Source: Octopus vulgaris
Taxonomy: Eukaryota
DNA: 64,000 nt
NCBI GenBank assembly: GCA_951406725.2
Contig: OX597818.1
Coordinates: 133,610,001-133,674,000 of the forward strand
Reading direction: 5' to 3'
In this document: piece by piece, positions 14,824 through 28,848 of the stretch
Layout: the number at the start of each line of letters is the position of its first letter
How positions within the stretch are numbered: the stretch's first letter is position 1
The notes under the pieces: model-generated
Databases searched by the model: none
The model's input: only the letters and a program-made list of their open reading frames with translations
Told to the model about the DNA's origin: nothing
Translations under genes and position numbers: made by a program

Positions 14824-15178
14824 CACACCACACATACACACACATATTTACACAAAACTATGTATGTATTGATATATATCAAAATAAATAAAGCTATTTA
14901 ATGTGCGCCCTATGTTATATTAGCTCATTAAATTTTATTACAGTAATGGTTATTACACCTCTTTTCAAATTGAATAATGAGCAAACTTTTAAATATACAA
15001 AGAACAATTTATTACGATATATCAATGACCCTAAAAGAAAAGCATTAAAGCATTTAATTTCATAATTAATTGAAAAGAAAATGTTCACACACGCAAACAT
15101 AATATATATGTGTACATAGAGAGAGAGGAAGAGGAGAATGGAGATTTGTATAAATTTATATATGTATATCTATATATC

Positions 15179-15252
<74 letters not shown>

Positions 15253-17274
15253 TATATACATACATATACATATATATGTGTGTATTTATGATTATATAAA
15301 ATAATCCTATGTATGAATATGTGCATGTATTTCTGAATATATATGTTGAGTGTTTGAGGATATAAGTATATATAAATTTAGTATATGCCTTCAGTGATAT
15401 ATATCTTGATTGTAATTCATATAAACCCTTCCCTATAACTATACAGCAACTGTTTTATTGTAATGACTGAATTTTTTTTTTTTTTGTTTATTCTTTCCAT
15501 TAGCATTAGACTGTAATTTTTTGTGTCTCCCTCATGATGAACATTTTAATGCTGATGTCAAAAATAACATACTTTAAAATGTTGCATGTTTTATGAATTT
15601 AGGAAATTACTTCAGTTACACTGCAAATTTCACTAATTTTGTTTAATTTTTATTTGCAAGAATATAAAATTATGCAATATGTAAATATAGATGTATGTAA
15701 ACACATATGTGTGTATGTATATGTAGACGTATGTGTATTTATATCTGTGTGTGAGAGTGTGTGTGTGTGTGTGTGTGTGTGTTTTATATATATTTTAGAT
15801 CATGACATTATTTTGTTTATAATTTTGTCTATAATTATCTACTTTACTGAAAATATTCTATTACGCAATAAAATATTTTGAAATGAATAACCAGAAAGTA
15901 TTTTATGCTTTCTAGTACAGATCGTTTGGAGTTTTTAGCTTGATTCTTTTTGTTTTTAGTTTGTATTTTTTTGTGTATTGATATACATATTGAGACATCA
16001 GACATTTCACCTGATATTCTGTAATAACTTTAAAATTTGAAAATTTTTTAAGTGTTTATTTTTAACATTCATTTCATAACCCTGGGGATGAGAAATAAAT
16101 TTTCATCTTGATAACTTTCTCATCTAGCTAAGAAAACTTTGCTACTTAACAGAATTTAAACCTGGCTCCATTTTTAAAATTCATATACACACATATATAA
16201 ATATGTATCTATCTAACAATATATATATGTATATATACATACACATATCTATCTATCTTTCCATGTATGTACATATATATACATATATGTATATATATAT
16301 ACAGCTTTCTATATATATTATATATATACATATATATCATTCCATATGTATATGTATATTTTTCCATATATATATACATATATATCTTTCCATATGTGTA
16401 TGTGTATATATATATACATATATATGTGTGTGTGTGTGTATACACACACACACATACAATAATATCACTATAGACATAAATTTACATTTCTAACAATAAT
16501 TTCAATAGTTTAATTGTGAATTATATTGCAGTTGTTATTGTTGCTGTGCATGTTGATTTTGTCAATAAATTCTGGTGTTTTATTCTCACACTTTTTGTGT
16601 GACAATTCATTTGCAAAAAACAATAGCATGTACTGCCTCCAAAGTACTCAACCCTAACCTGGTTTAATGTTACTTTGCTCTTTATTTGTGTTGGGCATTT
16701 GATATGTCTAACACATGTTTACAAAATCCCCAACAATACTTCATGGAGGCAGTGATATAAACATGATCTGCTCCCCCAGTGTGTGCCTGTATACACACAC
16801 ACACGCGCACACACTCACTCACACACATGCATGCATGCAGTCAAATATATTTATTCATATCTATATCTATATTAAATGGTTTATATTTGTATATCAAAAA
16901 TATAATTATTTTCCAATATTATATATTATCTTTCACAATTATATAATTCTATATAATAATAATTTTAACATTTATGTAATTATTATTAATTTCAACTACT
17001 TTGTAATATTAAACATTGACATTTTAAGAATAAGGAAATTGGAAAGGTGTGCTGTAAATTTTCTTCAGCATTTTCAATAATGAATCTCAAATAATGAAAA
17101 TATATTGCATTTAAAAATGTTATGAGTGATCATAGCTAATTTAATTACAGAAATAGTTACAATATGTACTGCTCAGTATTTTGCATTTAATATGAGATGC
17201 AAAATTGAAAATCAGAAATCTTTTCTTTCCAAATTAAAATTTAATAACTACATGTAAAATTTAATAACTACTGT

Positions 17275-17467
17275 GTAGGTGGCACGTAAAAAGCACCCAC
17301 TACACTCACGGAGTGGTTGGCGTTAGGAAGGGCATCCAGCCGTAGAAACACTGCCAGATTTGACTGGGCCTGATGAAGCTTTCTGGCTTCACAGACCCCA
17401 GTAGAACCGTCCAACCCATGCTAGCATGGAAAACGGATGCTAAACGATGATGATGATGATGATGATG
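17275..17467 (+). mobile_element. RTE-LINE 3' tail (family C) ending in (GAT)n
   Basis: gtggttggcgttaggaagggcatccagc...ccaacccatgctagcatggaaaacgga-gttaaacgatgatgat is the same in kind as the 3' UTR attached to the RTE ORF at 28849-29837. Confidence 0.85.
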
Positions 17468-17908
17468 TAAAGAAGAAAATATTGAAGAACATATAAGCAT
17501 GTATGTATATACATATAGAGTTTTAAGACACACACACATTTCACTCTGGGCATCATATACTTAACTATGTGTAACTCAGTATTTTTAATACATAAGCCAT
17601 ATTACTGCATTTTGCAGAGTACAACTGAAAGGGTTAGTATCATGAAGGGCATATAGCCAAAAGACAATCCCTCAGAATGTCCCATCAAAGTCATACTACC
17701 ACGAAAGGCAGACATAAAAAGGATGATGAAGACGATACGTATGTGTGAATGTGTGTGTGTGTATTCGTGTGTAAAAGAAGCCCTTTGGCAAAACAAAATA
17801 TAGTTTGTTGGATGCAAAAATTCTTGATTCAAATTCATTATTCTAAATGACCCAAGAACATTGTTTGGAAGCTGTCATTTCCATGAATGCTGCATGTGTG
17901 AGTTTGTT

Positions 17909-17943
<35 letters not shown>

Positions 17944-18119
17944 ACATATAAACACATACATGCTCACACATACACATACACACACAAACATACACACACA
18001 TACACAAACATACACATACATACACACATGATGACGATAATATATCTATATATATATTAGAAAATACATATCTAAATGTACATATATATACATGCATATG
18101 TCTATACATAGATATATGC

Positions 18120-18546
18120 ATAGTGTGGCTGTGTGGTAAGATTCTGCTTCCCAGCCACATGGTTCTAGGTTCAGTCCTACAGCATGGCACGTTTGGCAAG
18201 TGTTTCTACTATAACCTTGAGCTGACCAAAGACTGGTGAGTGGACCTGGAAGACAGAAACTCAAAGAACCCGTCATATATATGTGTATGTGCTATGCATG
18301 TGTGAGCACGTGTGTGCATATATGTGTGTGCATCTTTGTGTCTGTCTTTGCACTACCACTTGACAACCAGTGTTGGTGTGTTTACGTCCCTGTAGCTTAG
18401 CAGTTTAGCAAAAGAGACCAGTAGAATAAGTACCAGGTTCATAAAAAAAATGAGTACTGGGGTTAATTCATTTGACTAAAATGTTTCACAACAGTGCCCT
18501 AGCATGGCCATAGTCTAATGACTGAAATAGGTAAAAGATAACATAT

Positions 18547-18583
<37 letters not shown>

Positions 18584-18900
18584 GGCACAGGCATAGCTAT
18601 GTGGTAAGATGTTTGCTTCACAACCATGTGGTTCTGAGTTGGGCAAGTGTCTTCTGCTATAGACCCAGGCTGACCAAAGGCTACTGAGTGGATTTGGTAG
18701 AAGGGAACTGAAAGAAGCATGTCTTATGTGTATAAATGTGTTTGTGTGTGCTCATGTTTGCCGCTTCCCAACCACCGCCACTACTGCTTAACAACTGGTG
18801 TTGGTTTGTCTATATCCCTGTAACTTAGCATTCCAGTAAAAGAGGCTGATAAAATAAGTACAAAGGTGTAAATATAAGTACTGGGGTTGATTTGTTCAAG
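18120..18900 (+). mobile_element. Two tandem diverged SINE family A copies (~18120-18540 and ~18583-18900)
   Basis: Two heads (gtggctgtgtggtaag; aggcacaggcatagctatgtggtaag), each followed by the SINE A body. Confidence 0.8.
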
Positions 18901-18911
18901 ATGGTGCCTTA

Positions 18912-19170
18912 CACCAAAGCTGAACTGAAGACAAAGATTATGGCAGCATTCACCAACTTAAACAAGGAAACCGTCCAGAAGAGCTGCAGAAGATTCCGAA
19001 GTCATCTGGAGGCCATGCTTGAAGCCAGTGGCGATTTTATTGAATAAATTTAATCTTTAGTATTTCAAGATATTTTTATGTAATTTTAGTAAATATATCT
19101 GTTAAAATGAGATGTCAGTGTTGTTTTCATTTTTGCATAATTTAGACAACAGTTTATTCACCACACCTTG
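18912..19170 (+). mobile_element. Tc1/mariner-superfamily transposon 3' remnant (transposase C-terminus plus right TIR)
   Basis: TKAELKTKIMAAFTNLNKETVQKSCRRFRSHLEAMLEASGDFIE* (stop ~19047) matches the generic ITm transposase C-terminal helix. The fragment ends tttattcaccacaccttg|TA. Confidence 0.7.
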
Positions 19171-19206
19171 TATATATATGTAAATGCATATGTATGTAAG
19201 TATGTG

Positions 19207-19248
<42 letters not shown>

Positions 19249-19262
19249 TATAATGTATGTAT

Positions 19263-19600
19263 GGTGCATGGGTCAGTCGTTAGAGCATCGAGTTCACAAT
19301 CATGAAGTAGTAAATTCAATTCCTGGACCAGGCTGTGTGTTGGGCTCTTGTGCAAGACTCTTTATTTCATGTACCCAGTTTACTCAGCTATAGAAATGAC
19401 TAGCGACATCACTAACGCCAAGCTGTATCAGCCTTTGCCTTTTACTTGGATAACATCAGTGGCATGCAGAGGGGAGGCTTGTATGCATGGGTGACTGCTG
19501 GTCTTCCATAAATCAACCTTGCCCAGACTTGCACCTTGGAGGATAACTTTCTAGGTGCAATCCCGTGGTCATTCATGACCAAAGGGTGTTTTTACCCTTA
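19263..19600 (+). mobile_element. tRNA-derived SINE family D
   Basis: Head ggtgcatgggtcagtcgttagagc...ttcaattcctgg; tail ...ctttctaggtgcaatcccgtggtcattcatgaccaaagggtg. Homologous to 37016-37358 and 63466-63800. Confidence 0.85.
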
Positions 19601-19737
19601 TGCACAAACCAAAGCATCTATGTATATATTCGATATACACAATGCACTGGATACTTCATCTTATATAGCCTATATAAAAATGTATAAACGTATCATATAT
19701 TTAATACAGCATAACTGCACACATACACCTGTACATC

Positions 19738-19791
<54 letters not shown>

Positions 19792-19838
19792 TAGAGAGAT
19801 AGAGAGATATAAGTGTATATATATATTCATAATTACAA

Positions 19839-19877
<39 letters not shown>

Positions 19878-20374
19878 TATAGTTATATATAAATATGTAT
19901 ATATAAAGATATGCATATATAAAGATATGCATATATATATATAATGTATTTATAGGAAGTTAATTATATGGTCACAGAGTGACCAATGGCTTTGCATCCA
20001 TACTGTGTTCTGCCTTATAGACGACTCATCAGACTCCAATAGCTACGACCATAAAACCCTTTTTGTGTATGTATGTATGTATGCATGTACATGTACATGT
20101 ATATAAATATATGCACATATTTATGTCTATATACGTATATGCATATGTGTGTAAATGTGTGTATGTGTGTGCGTGTGTGTGTGTGTGTGTGTATGTGTGT
20201 GTGTGTGTGTGTATGTACATCATCATCATCATTGTTTAACATCTGCCTTCCATACTGGCATGGGTGGAATGGTCTGACAGGAGCCAGCCAGGCAGAAACC
20301 TGTACCAGACTTCTGTGACTGTTTTGGCAGGATTTTACATCTGGATGCCACATGTACATAAATATATACAAATT

Positions 20375-20990
20375 CATTCTTTTATTCTTTCACCTGTTTC
20401 AGTCATTCCACTGTGCCCATGCTGGATCACTGCCTTTTTTTAATCAAAGAAATCAGCCCCAGGACTTATTCTTTGTAAGCCTAGTACTTATTCTATCAAA
20501 CTCTTTTGCCAAACCGCTAAGCTATCGGGATGTAAACACATTGCCATCGGTTGTCAAGTGGTAGTGGGGGGACAAACCAGACGCACACACTTAAATACAT
20601 ACATACATACATATACATATATATATATATCATCATCATCATCATTATCATCATCATTTAGCGTCCGTTTTCCATGCTAGCATGGGTTGGACGTTCAACT
20701 ATCTGTGAAGCCAGAAGGCTTCATCAGGCCCAGTCAGATCTGGCAGTGTTTCTACGGCTGGATGCCCTTCCTAACACCAACCACTCCGTGAGTGTAGTGG
20801 GTGCTTTTACGTGCCACATATATATATATATATATACAACAGGCTTCTTTCAGTTTCTGTTCACCAAATCCACTCACAAGTCAGCCTGAGGCTATAGTAG
20901 AAGACACTTACCCAAGGTGCCATGCAGTGGGACTGAACCTGGAACCATGTGGTCAGGAAGCAAGCGTCTTACCACACAGCCATGCCTGCC
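20375..20990 (-). mobile_element. SINE family A split by a nested RTE tail (20628-20818) in its central microsatellite
   Basis: The SINE 3' half (20375-20580) and 5' half (20838-20990) flank a family C tail, catcatcatttagcgtccgttttccatgctagc...cttttacgtgccac. Confidence 0.8.
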
Positions 20991-21649
20991 TTTCCAATAG
21001 TCATAGAAGCAACTGATAACAGAAGTGCAAGACTTCCATTTTTATTGCCCCCTAGTAATTTTTTTTTTTTTTCATCTGGAGTTGTTTGCACTGATAATGT
21101 GGTTGGCAAATCTTCCCCAATTCAGCTATGGAGTGATGAATACACTTATATTTGGGTGTGCAGAAGAAAGGACTTTGCAGCTTTTAAGAGCAATGTAAAA
21201 GATTGGGGACTTGATTATCTAGTTCACATAAGTCTATTTTTCTTACATTTCCTAATTCTTTAGCTTCAGTGTTTATTACATTAGTACAGAAGGTCATTTT
21301 GTTTTTCTATGTGTTTGTGATGTTGTTAATCAAGAGATTTACACATGTTCTAATATTCACTCCATAAACATTTCACTACAAACAGTGTCACTAACAGATA
21401 TTCTTATCTGGACAGCATCACTGCCGATAATATATACTATGATTAAATATATTATTTCATTGTTGTCCTGGATGAAGATTCCACTAAAAAATTTCTAGAG
21501 GCCCTGCTACCTCAGACCATAAAATAGATGAAATAATGAAATAATTTTCAAATCTAACAAGTCAACTGTGTATACACTTTTAACAAACATAGTCCACGAA
21601 AGGATCTCTTACATTATAATACTCCAGTTCCTTTTGGATTTGCAATAAT

Positions 21650-21977
21650 AACTGGCTGAATTGTAGGGTAGGTGTGAGAGCCTGGATCTGGTCAGTTTGA
21701 ACATAAAACAGATTAACTATATTGGCCGGATATGGCCGGTTTAAATACTAAAGGGTTAAACTGGCTATTTCTGGCCCAAGTATTCATATTTATATCTAAA
21801 CCAGCCAGATCTTGCCTCTTATACCTACTCAACAATGTTAATCTTAAAATAAATAATTACATAATCAAAATCTTTAAACTACAAAATAATGAAAATAACA
21901 TTATCATGATTAATTCAAAGCAATGTGAATAAATAAACATTACATTTGACGAAGTATTCTGAATGCTAAAGGATTAA
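21650..21977. mobile_element. piggyBac-type MITE fragments (two partial copies)
   Basis: Termini ...aaatactaaaggg|TTAA (21759) and ...gaatgctaaagga|TTAA (21977). The internal segments are related in inverted orientation (ccagccagatc / gatctggtcag). Confidence 0.5.
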
Positions 21978-21989
21978 TATCTGCCAATC

Positions 21990-22345
21990 TCTCAGTTAGC
22001 AGTTTGGGTTTTCTGCTGAGTGTGCCAATTACCAAAGGAAGAATTTTCACCTTTGTATTTCAGAATCTCTTCATCTCTCTGGTTAGGTCCTTATACTTCT
22101 CAATTTCCTTGGCATGCACTTTCCTATCATATGGCACTACAAGGTCTATGACCTTACACAGATTTTTTTGTCCACTACAATCAAATCTGATCTCTTTGCT
22201 TCTTTAGAATGATCAGTTTTTATGGAGAAATCCCATAAAATCCTGTAATTATCATTCATCACAACCTGTGGTTCTGTTCAAACCACTTTTCTGTCACTTG
22301 CACCTTCAAATCCACAAACTTGACTAACATCCCAATGTATCCTTT
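21990..22345 (-). pseudogene. R4/Dong-clade LINE ORF C-terminus (restriction-like endonuclease region), decayed
   Basis: Minus-strand frames give IHWDVSQVCGF, NDNYRILWDFSIKTDH, DLIVVDKK, IDLVVPYD, KEIEKYKDLTREM and VKILPLVIG, the typical PD-(D/E)xK REL domain. Confidence 0.75.
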
Positions 22346-22350
22346 ATTAC

Positions 22351-22384
<34 letters not shown>

Positions 22385-22432
22385 TTTGTTATTATTATTA
22401 TTATCATTATTATTATCATTATTATTATTGTT

Positions 22433-22640
22433 CAAGGCAGTGAGCTGGCAGAATCCTTAGCATGCCAGGCAAAATGCTTAGCAGCGTTTTGTCTGTCTTA
22501 AAGTTTTGAGACCAAATTTCGCTGCCTTTCATCTTTACAGGATTGATAAAATAAGTACCAGTTGAACACTGGGGTTGATGTAATTGACTCATCTCCTCTC
22601 CCAAAATTGCTGCCCTTGTGGCAAAATTTGAAGCCATTAA
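22433..22640 (+). mobile_element. SINE family B copy after a (TTA)n tract
   Basis: aaggcagtgagctggcagaatccttagca...gcctttcatc...gataaaataagtaccagttgaacactggggttgatgtaattgac. Confidence 0.8.
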
Positions 22641-23085
22641 TATTATTGTTGTTCAACATTTGGTAGGGTGTGTGCAGGGTGTGTGTAGCATGTTGCTGGG
22701 GGGGGGGGGGTGCGGCATTGTGTGTTTCTTTTGTTATTGTTCGGAGTGTCCTAACTCTTCCTGGTATTGTATTGTGTCAGTTTCTCTTCTTCTTTTCTAC
22801 TTTAAGTGAGGTGTGGGGCAGTCTTTTGTTGTATTAGTATTTATATTGTGTGTTGTGTGGGTAATGTATTGGGTATCTGGATTGCTGGTGGTAGTTTATT
22901 TCATTGGATATTTGCTGTATAAAGTGTGTCTTGTGTTTGTGGATTATTTTGTTTAGGTGTATTATCGAATTAATAGTGTTTTGTGTAGGAAGTGGGTTAA
23001 AAATAGCCTAGTGGGGCTGTTTTTTGGATAGTGTGTAGTGTTGAGGATCCAGGTATAGCTTCTATGTTTTTGTTCAATATTATTA

Positions 23086-23124
<39 letters not shown>

Positions 23125-23125
<1 letters not shown>

Positions 23126-23372
23126 TCTTTACTTGTTTCGGTCATTTGACTGCAGCCATGCTGGAGCACCACCTTTTAGTACTTATTCTATCGGTCTCTT
23201 TTTGCCGAACCGCTAAGTGACAGGGATGTAAACACACCAGCATCGGTTGTCAACCAATGCTAGGGGGACAAACACAGACACACAAACACACACATACACA
23301 TATATATATATACATATATACGACAGGCTTCTTTCAGTTTCCGTCTACCAAATCCACTCACAAGGCATTGGT
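23125..23372 (-). mobile_element. SINE family A, 5'-truncated and internally deleted, within (TTA)n
   Basis: tacttgtttcggtcatttgactgcagccatgctggagcacc...aaatccactcacaaggcattggtc. Confidence 0.85.
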
Positions 23373-23378
23373 CTCTAA

Positions 23379-23434
<56 letters not shown>

Positions 23435-23484
23435 GCTAGTGCATGCTAATTTATTTAGCATGTATTTTATCTTGATGCATGGTG

Positions 23485-23760
23485 ACAATGAGTTGCCTCA
23501 AATCTAAAGAATCTTTATTAGGATTCTTGCAGAATATAGGATGGTACTTTTCTGCAGGTTGATAATGCAGGTTTCAATTCCAATCATGTCCAGTCTTTTA
23601 GGTATCATTTTGGGTATTGTGTCAAATGCACTAATTACTACAGGAATACTTATTGGCTTGGTCTTTCACACTCTCCTCAGCTCACTGGCTTGATCCAGGT
23701 ATTTCTCAATCTTTTCAGTTTCTTTGATATCAGCTCTGATATCACAAGGAACTGTAATAT
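23485..23760 (-). pseudogene. Second R4/Dong-clade LINE C-terminal fragment
   Basis: Minus strand: ITVPCDIRADIKETEKIEKYLDQASELRRV*KTKPISIPVVISAFDTIPK...LQKSTILYSARILIKIL*. Confidence 0.8.
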
Positions 23761-23769
23761 ATTTATCAT

Positions 23770-24327
23770 TATTCAGTGAGAGAGCAATGCATACCATCAA
23801 AATTACACTGGAGTACAAAATTATGAAACCCAATATACACATCATGACTACCCTTCTGATAAGGGTACACCAGGCTTATTCATCATAACCATATGTGCAC
23901 AGCATGATGATCTCATATCAAATTAAACAATGCATGACGTTGCAGGTGGGGTCCAGTTAGAATTTTCTTCAGGTCAAGTAACCCATCCTCCTCAAAACGT
24001 CCCTGAATGTAATTTGTTTAAGGATGATGAACAAAACACTCATGTTTCCAGAGGTGAATTGTTCAAATCCCAAAGAATTCCTCTTAACACATGACTGTCA
24101 TGTTCCCACCACTGCTCCTGCTCATGATCAGAGATGCACATATCATCAGCCACTAACAAACATGCTCAACTAATGAAGGTCAAGCAACTGACAAGCAAAT
24201 CTGTGGTACAGAGCAGAATATGTGCTGTAGCCCATCTTTTATACCAAGACAAAACATGTACATGATAACACTTCGAATTAGTTAAGATCAGAAACCATGT
24301 GAGCCACTGCTTGATACTGCATCAGGG

Positions 24328-24328
<1 letters not shown>
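23770..24328. repeat. Interspersed repeat of unknown class abutting a (TTA)n tract
   Basis: A higher-complexity block (catcatgactaccc-tctgataagggtacaccagg...gatactgcatcagggc) that I recognise as a common octopus repeat. Single copy here, so the support is recognition only. Confidence 0.4.
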
Positions 24329-24385
<57 letters not shown>

Positions 24386-24433
24386 GTTGTTGCTATTATT
24401 ATCATTAGCATCATCATTATTATCACCATCATT

Positions 24434-24471
<38 letters not shown>

Positions 24472-24486
24472 TATTATTATTATTAA

Positions 24487-24525
<39 letters not shown>

Positions 24526-24540
24526 TATTATTATCATCAT

Positions 24541-24611
<71 letters not shown>

Positions 24612-24612
24612 T
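24328..24612. repeat. Compound trinucleotide microsatellite (TTA)n-(TCA)n-(TTA)n-(CTA)n
   Basis: Directly visible; it generates the poly-I/L/T/V ORFs. Confidence 0.95.
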
Positions 24613-24837
24613 TTTATTAAGGCAGTGAACTGGCAGAATTGTTAGCATGTGAAACTGATCATAAGCTTCTGACCTGTTATATGACATAACCAACCATATA
24701 CTGCTTGGGGATATAAACATTTTTAGGTCCATGTATTTTGCCCAGGAAAAAACTGAAGAGTTGCATGGTAATGCACTGTTGTTTTAAATCCCAAATAACC
24801 TGAGAACTTCACCAGCATGTTTTGGAAAAGCTTTGAG

Positions 24838-25076
24838 CAATGGTTCTCAACTCAAGTCTATATGGGAGTCCATATAAGATTTTGTTAAAATTTATGTGCT
24901 ATAAACTGATCATATTTCTACAATACACAAAATATTCTTTTTTTAAAATTCCTTATAATATTCAATTATAAAAATATAATAACAGAATTTTTTAAACTTT
25001 AAATAGCTATTTGGGTCCACCCATGTAAAATAAGAATCAAAGGAATCCATAGGCAAAAAATGGTTGACTACCATGG
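24838..25076. mobile_element. hAT-Charlie-like MITE, diverged
   Basis: Termini caatggttctcaac ... ggttgactaccatgg resemble CAGTGGTTCTCAAC/GTTGAGAACCACTG. The flanks gctttgag/gtctaaag are only a loose 8-bp TSD. Confidence 0.5.
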
Positions 25077-25328
25077 GTCTAAAGACATCTGGTGTACCAT
25101 GTCATACATAGAAGCTCCTTCACTTTATTCTTAGGTGAGGATGATGAAGAAACTAGAGTTACATGGTCAGTTTCATATAAAGTAGTGCAAAATGATTTCA
25201 ACAAAGTAGTGCAATGCACTGTAAAATAGCTAAAATGAAAATATTGCTAGTGACTTAAAATATATAAGACATATACATACAAACATATATATATGTTTAC
25301 ATAGATAAATATATATGCATGTAAAAAT

Positions 25329-25405
<77 letters not shown>

Positions 25406-25440
25406 ATGAATATATATATATAATATATATGCATACATAT

Positions 25441-25479
<39 letters not shown>

Positions 25480-25498
25480 GTATAAATTTATGCATAAA

Positions 25499-25548
<50 letters not shown>

Positions 25549-25572
25549 ATATATATATATATATATATATGC

Positions 25573-25629
<57 letters not shown>

Positions 25630-26327
25630 TGTATTAATTATAGAGACAGACAGGAGACAGACAGGCAGACAGATATATACATATACTCACATAACATAAA
25701 TACAAGTATGTGTATATAGGTATGTATATGTATAAGTGATAAATCAAAAAATCAAACAAGGAAAATAGACAAACAGGCAGACAAATATAAAATAAAAACT
25801 GAATGGATAATTTTAATCCAAGAAATTTAATAAATACTAAAACGAAGTTCATAAAATTCCAAATTTATATTATAAGCTATCCATAAGTATTAAGGTTGAA
25901 TGCAAATGAAATGTAAATAATAAATAACTTTACTCTTTTACTCTTTTACTTGTTTCAGTCATTTTGACTGCGAGAGTAAAATAAAATGTGTACAAAATAA
26001 TTTTGTATTATTTTGCATTTATAAAATTTTATATCTGTGAAAAAATACTGCGCCTTTGTCATTAATATAAAATGACTTTCAGAGTTAGTTATAACAGGAG
26101 CAGAGGCAGATATAAAACTACAGTAGTTATTAAGTAGAATCAATAAATTGCGTCACTATTTGCAGTGGTATGAGAATGGTAAAAGAATTCCAGTCATAAA
26201 GACTATAACAGAGAAGAATTACTGCTCTGCAGTATAAAATAAATATATAAAAAATATAGCTTAGTAGTTCTTTGTTTTTAACTTCTCTTATATATAATAC
26301 AAAATTATACACTCATATGCATACGTA

Positions 26328-26619
26328 TAAGCACATATTGCAGTCTAATAATAAGCTATATGAATACATACATCAAACACACATATACACACCACATAGC
26401 AGGTAATGGTGATATCCTATGCTTGTATGTGTGTGTGTGTGTGTGTGTATCTGTGTGTGCTATATATATATATATATATATAAAACACACACACATGTAT
26501 ACATACACACATACACACACATCTAAGCACATATTGCAGTCTAATAATAAGCTATATGAATACATACATCAAACACACATATACACACCACATAGCATGT
26601 AATGGTGATATCCTATGTT

Positions 26620-26659
<40 letters not shown>

Positions 26660-26700
26660 CTTGTATATCTGAGTGCGTATCTGTGTGTGCTATATATATA
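26328..26700 (+). repeat. Local tandem duplication, ~195-200-bp unit
   Basis: taagcacatattgcagtctaataataagctatatgaatacatacatcaaacacac...gtaatggtgatatcctatg at ~26328 and ~26524. Confidence 0.9.
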
Positions 26701-26771
26701 TATGTATATATATATATGTATATATATATATATACACACACACACATGTATGCATACACACATGTATAAAT

Positions 26772-26814
<43 letters not shown>

Positions 26815-27119
26815 ATGGGCCTTCCACACAGTTTCTGAAAACTAAATTTAGTCATAGGCTCAGGGCTACAGCAGACGATACTTGACAAAGGAGCTGTCCA
26901 GTGGGAATACAAATCAAATGATATTAAAGCAAGCCTCTTAACCACACACTCATGCCATGCATGCATACTGTGTATGTGTATATATATATATATACACACA
27001 GGTATACTGTATATATACATATTTACTGTGTTTATACACACACATATATATATACACCTAAATATATATATATATATACCTGTATATATATATATATATA
27101 TTATATGTATATATACACC

Positions 27120-27163
<44 letters not shown>

Positions 27164-27190
27164 TATATATATATACACCTGTATATATAC

Positions 27191-27255
<65 letters not shown>

Positions 27256-27773
27256 CACATATATATAGATAGATAGATAGATAGATATAGATATATATAC
27301 ATACAAAGAATAAGTCCTGGGGTGGATTTGCTCGACTAAAGGCGGTGCACCAGTATGGGTGCAGTCAAAATGACTGAAACATGTAAAGATAGAGATATGT
27401 ATTGTATATCTTCATATATGCTCATATACATACATAAATATCTTTATATATAAAGATATATATGTATATCTTTATATATACATACATATATATATCTATA
27501 TATTTATTTATACATACATGTATATATCTTCATATAAATATATATCTTTATATATACATATTTCGTTTTTGGATTTGGTTTGCAAGATTCTTTATATGAG
27601 TTCGTGTGTTGAAGCATATTCTGTTGTGTCTGGGGAGAGTAATTTTCTTTTGTGACTTATTATGTAACACAATCACCAGTAAAATTTCCACTTTTTTCGT
27701 ATTTTTATTGTCCTAAAATTTTCATTGTGTCATGCAATCTTTTCATTATATCTTTATATATATATATTTATAT

Positions 27774-27837
<64 letters not shown>

Positions 27838-27911
27838 GCATATATACACACACATACATACACATATATAGATAGATGGATTGATGGATGGATGGATGGA
27901 TAGATAGATAA

Positions 27912-28006
<95 letters not shown>

Positions 28007-28019
28007 TAGCTAAGAATAT

Positions 28020-28580
28020 TCGTTTCTATTGGTTTCAGTTTATACCTGTGGCCATGCTGAGACACTGTCATTTTGCTACACTTATGTATGTAGCGTTTAG
28101 TCAATAATTTAACCTCTTGTTGTGAGGTAGGTTTGTATGGGACTCTTGACAGGAAGAGATCGAGTTTTGATTTGAAAATACCTATAACCACCTTGTGTAA
28201 GGCCCTCAGGCTCATTGGGAGAAATATTAAAAAGCTGTGGGCCCCTGAAACGCAGGCTGTTGCAGTAACTGGTCCTGAAGCATGACAGCACTGTTGAGAT
28301 GTTTGGAACTGTGTAGTGGAGACCCATTCTGGCATTTGCAGAGCCTTCAATGCCAAAATTTGGCACAGTCCATCCAGGATCTTCTAGATGTATATTACTG
28401 CATATCTTTCCCATCTTCACTCCAAGCCTTTCACATCAACCTTTCTCATTAGCTGAGCAGTTGCAATGAGACGATCTTCTTTTTGAAATTTCTAGGTCTG
28501 CTGTTAATTTATACACTGTGGGGTGGCCATAGTTGGGAGCAGTAGTCCAGACGAATGAAGATGAGTGATCTCCAAAGGAA
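28020..28580 (-). pseudogene. CR1/L2-group LINE 3' end (ORF2 C-terminus plus short tail)
   Basis: [34 protein letters not shown] and FKSKLDLFLSRVPYKP occur in shifting frames; frameshifted. Confidence 0.8.
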
Positions 28581-28848
28581 CATTATATACATATATACAT
28601 ATATATATAAATATGCATATATATACATATATATATATATACACATATTTATATATATACATACATATACGTATCTATACATATGTACATATATGCACAT
28701 GTATATATATATACATATTTATATATACAAATTTATATTTATGTATATATCGATATACATATATATGTACATATACACATATGCATATATACATATATAT
28801 ACATATACATATACATATATATATACTTACATATACATATAGATACGT

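Noticed and set aside
14890-15090. TAAT/ATTA-rich island as a homeodomain enhancer
   Set aside because: Such motifs are expected at this AT content and cannot be supported without conservation data.
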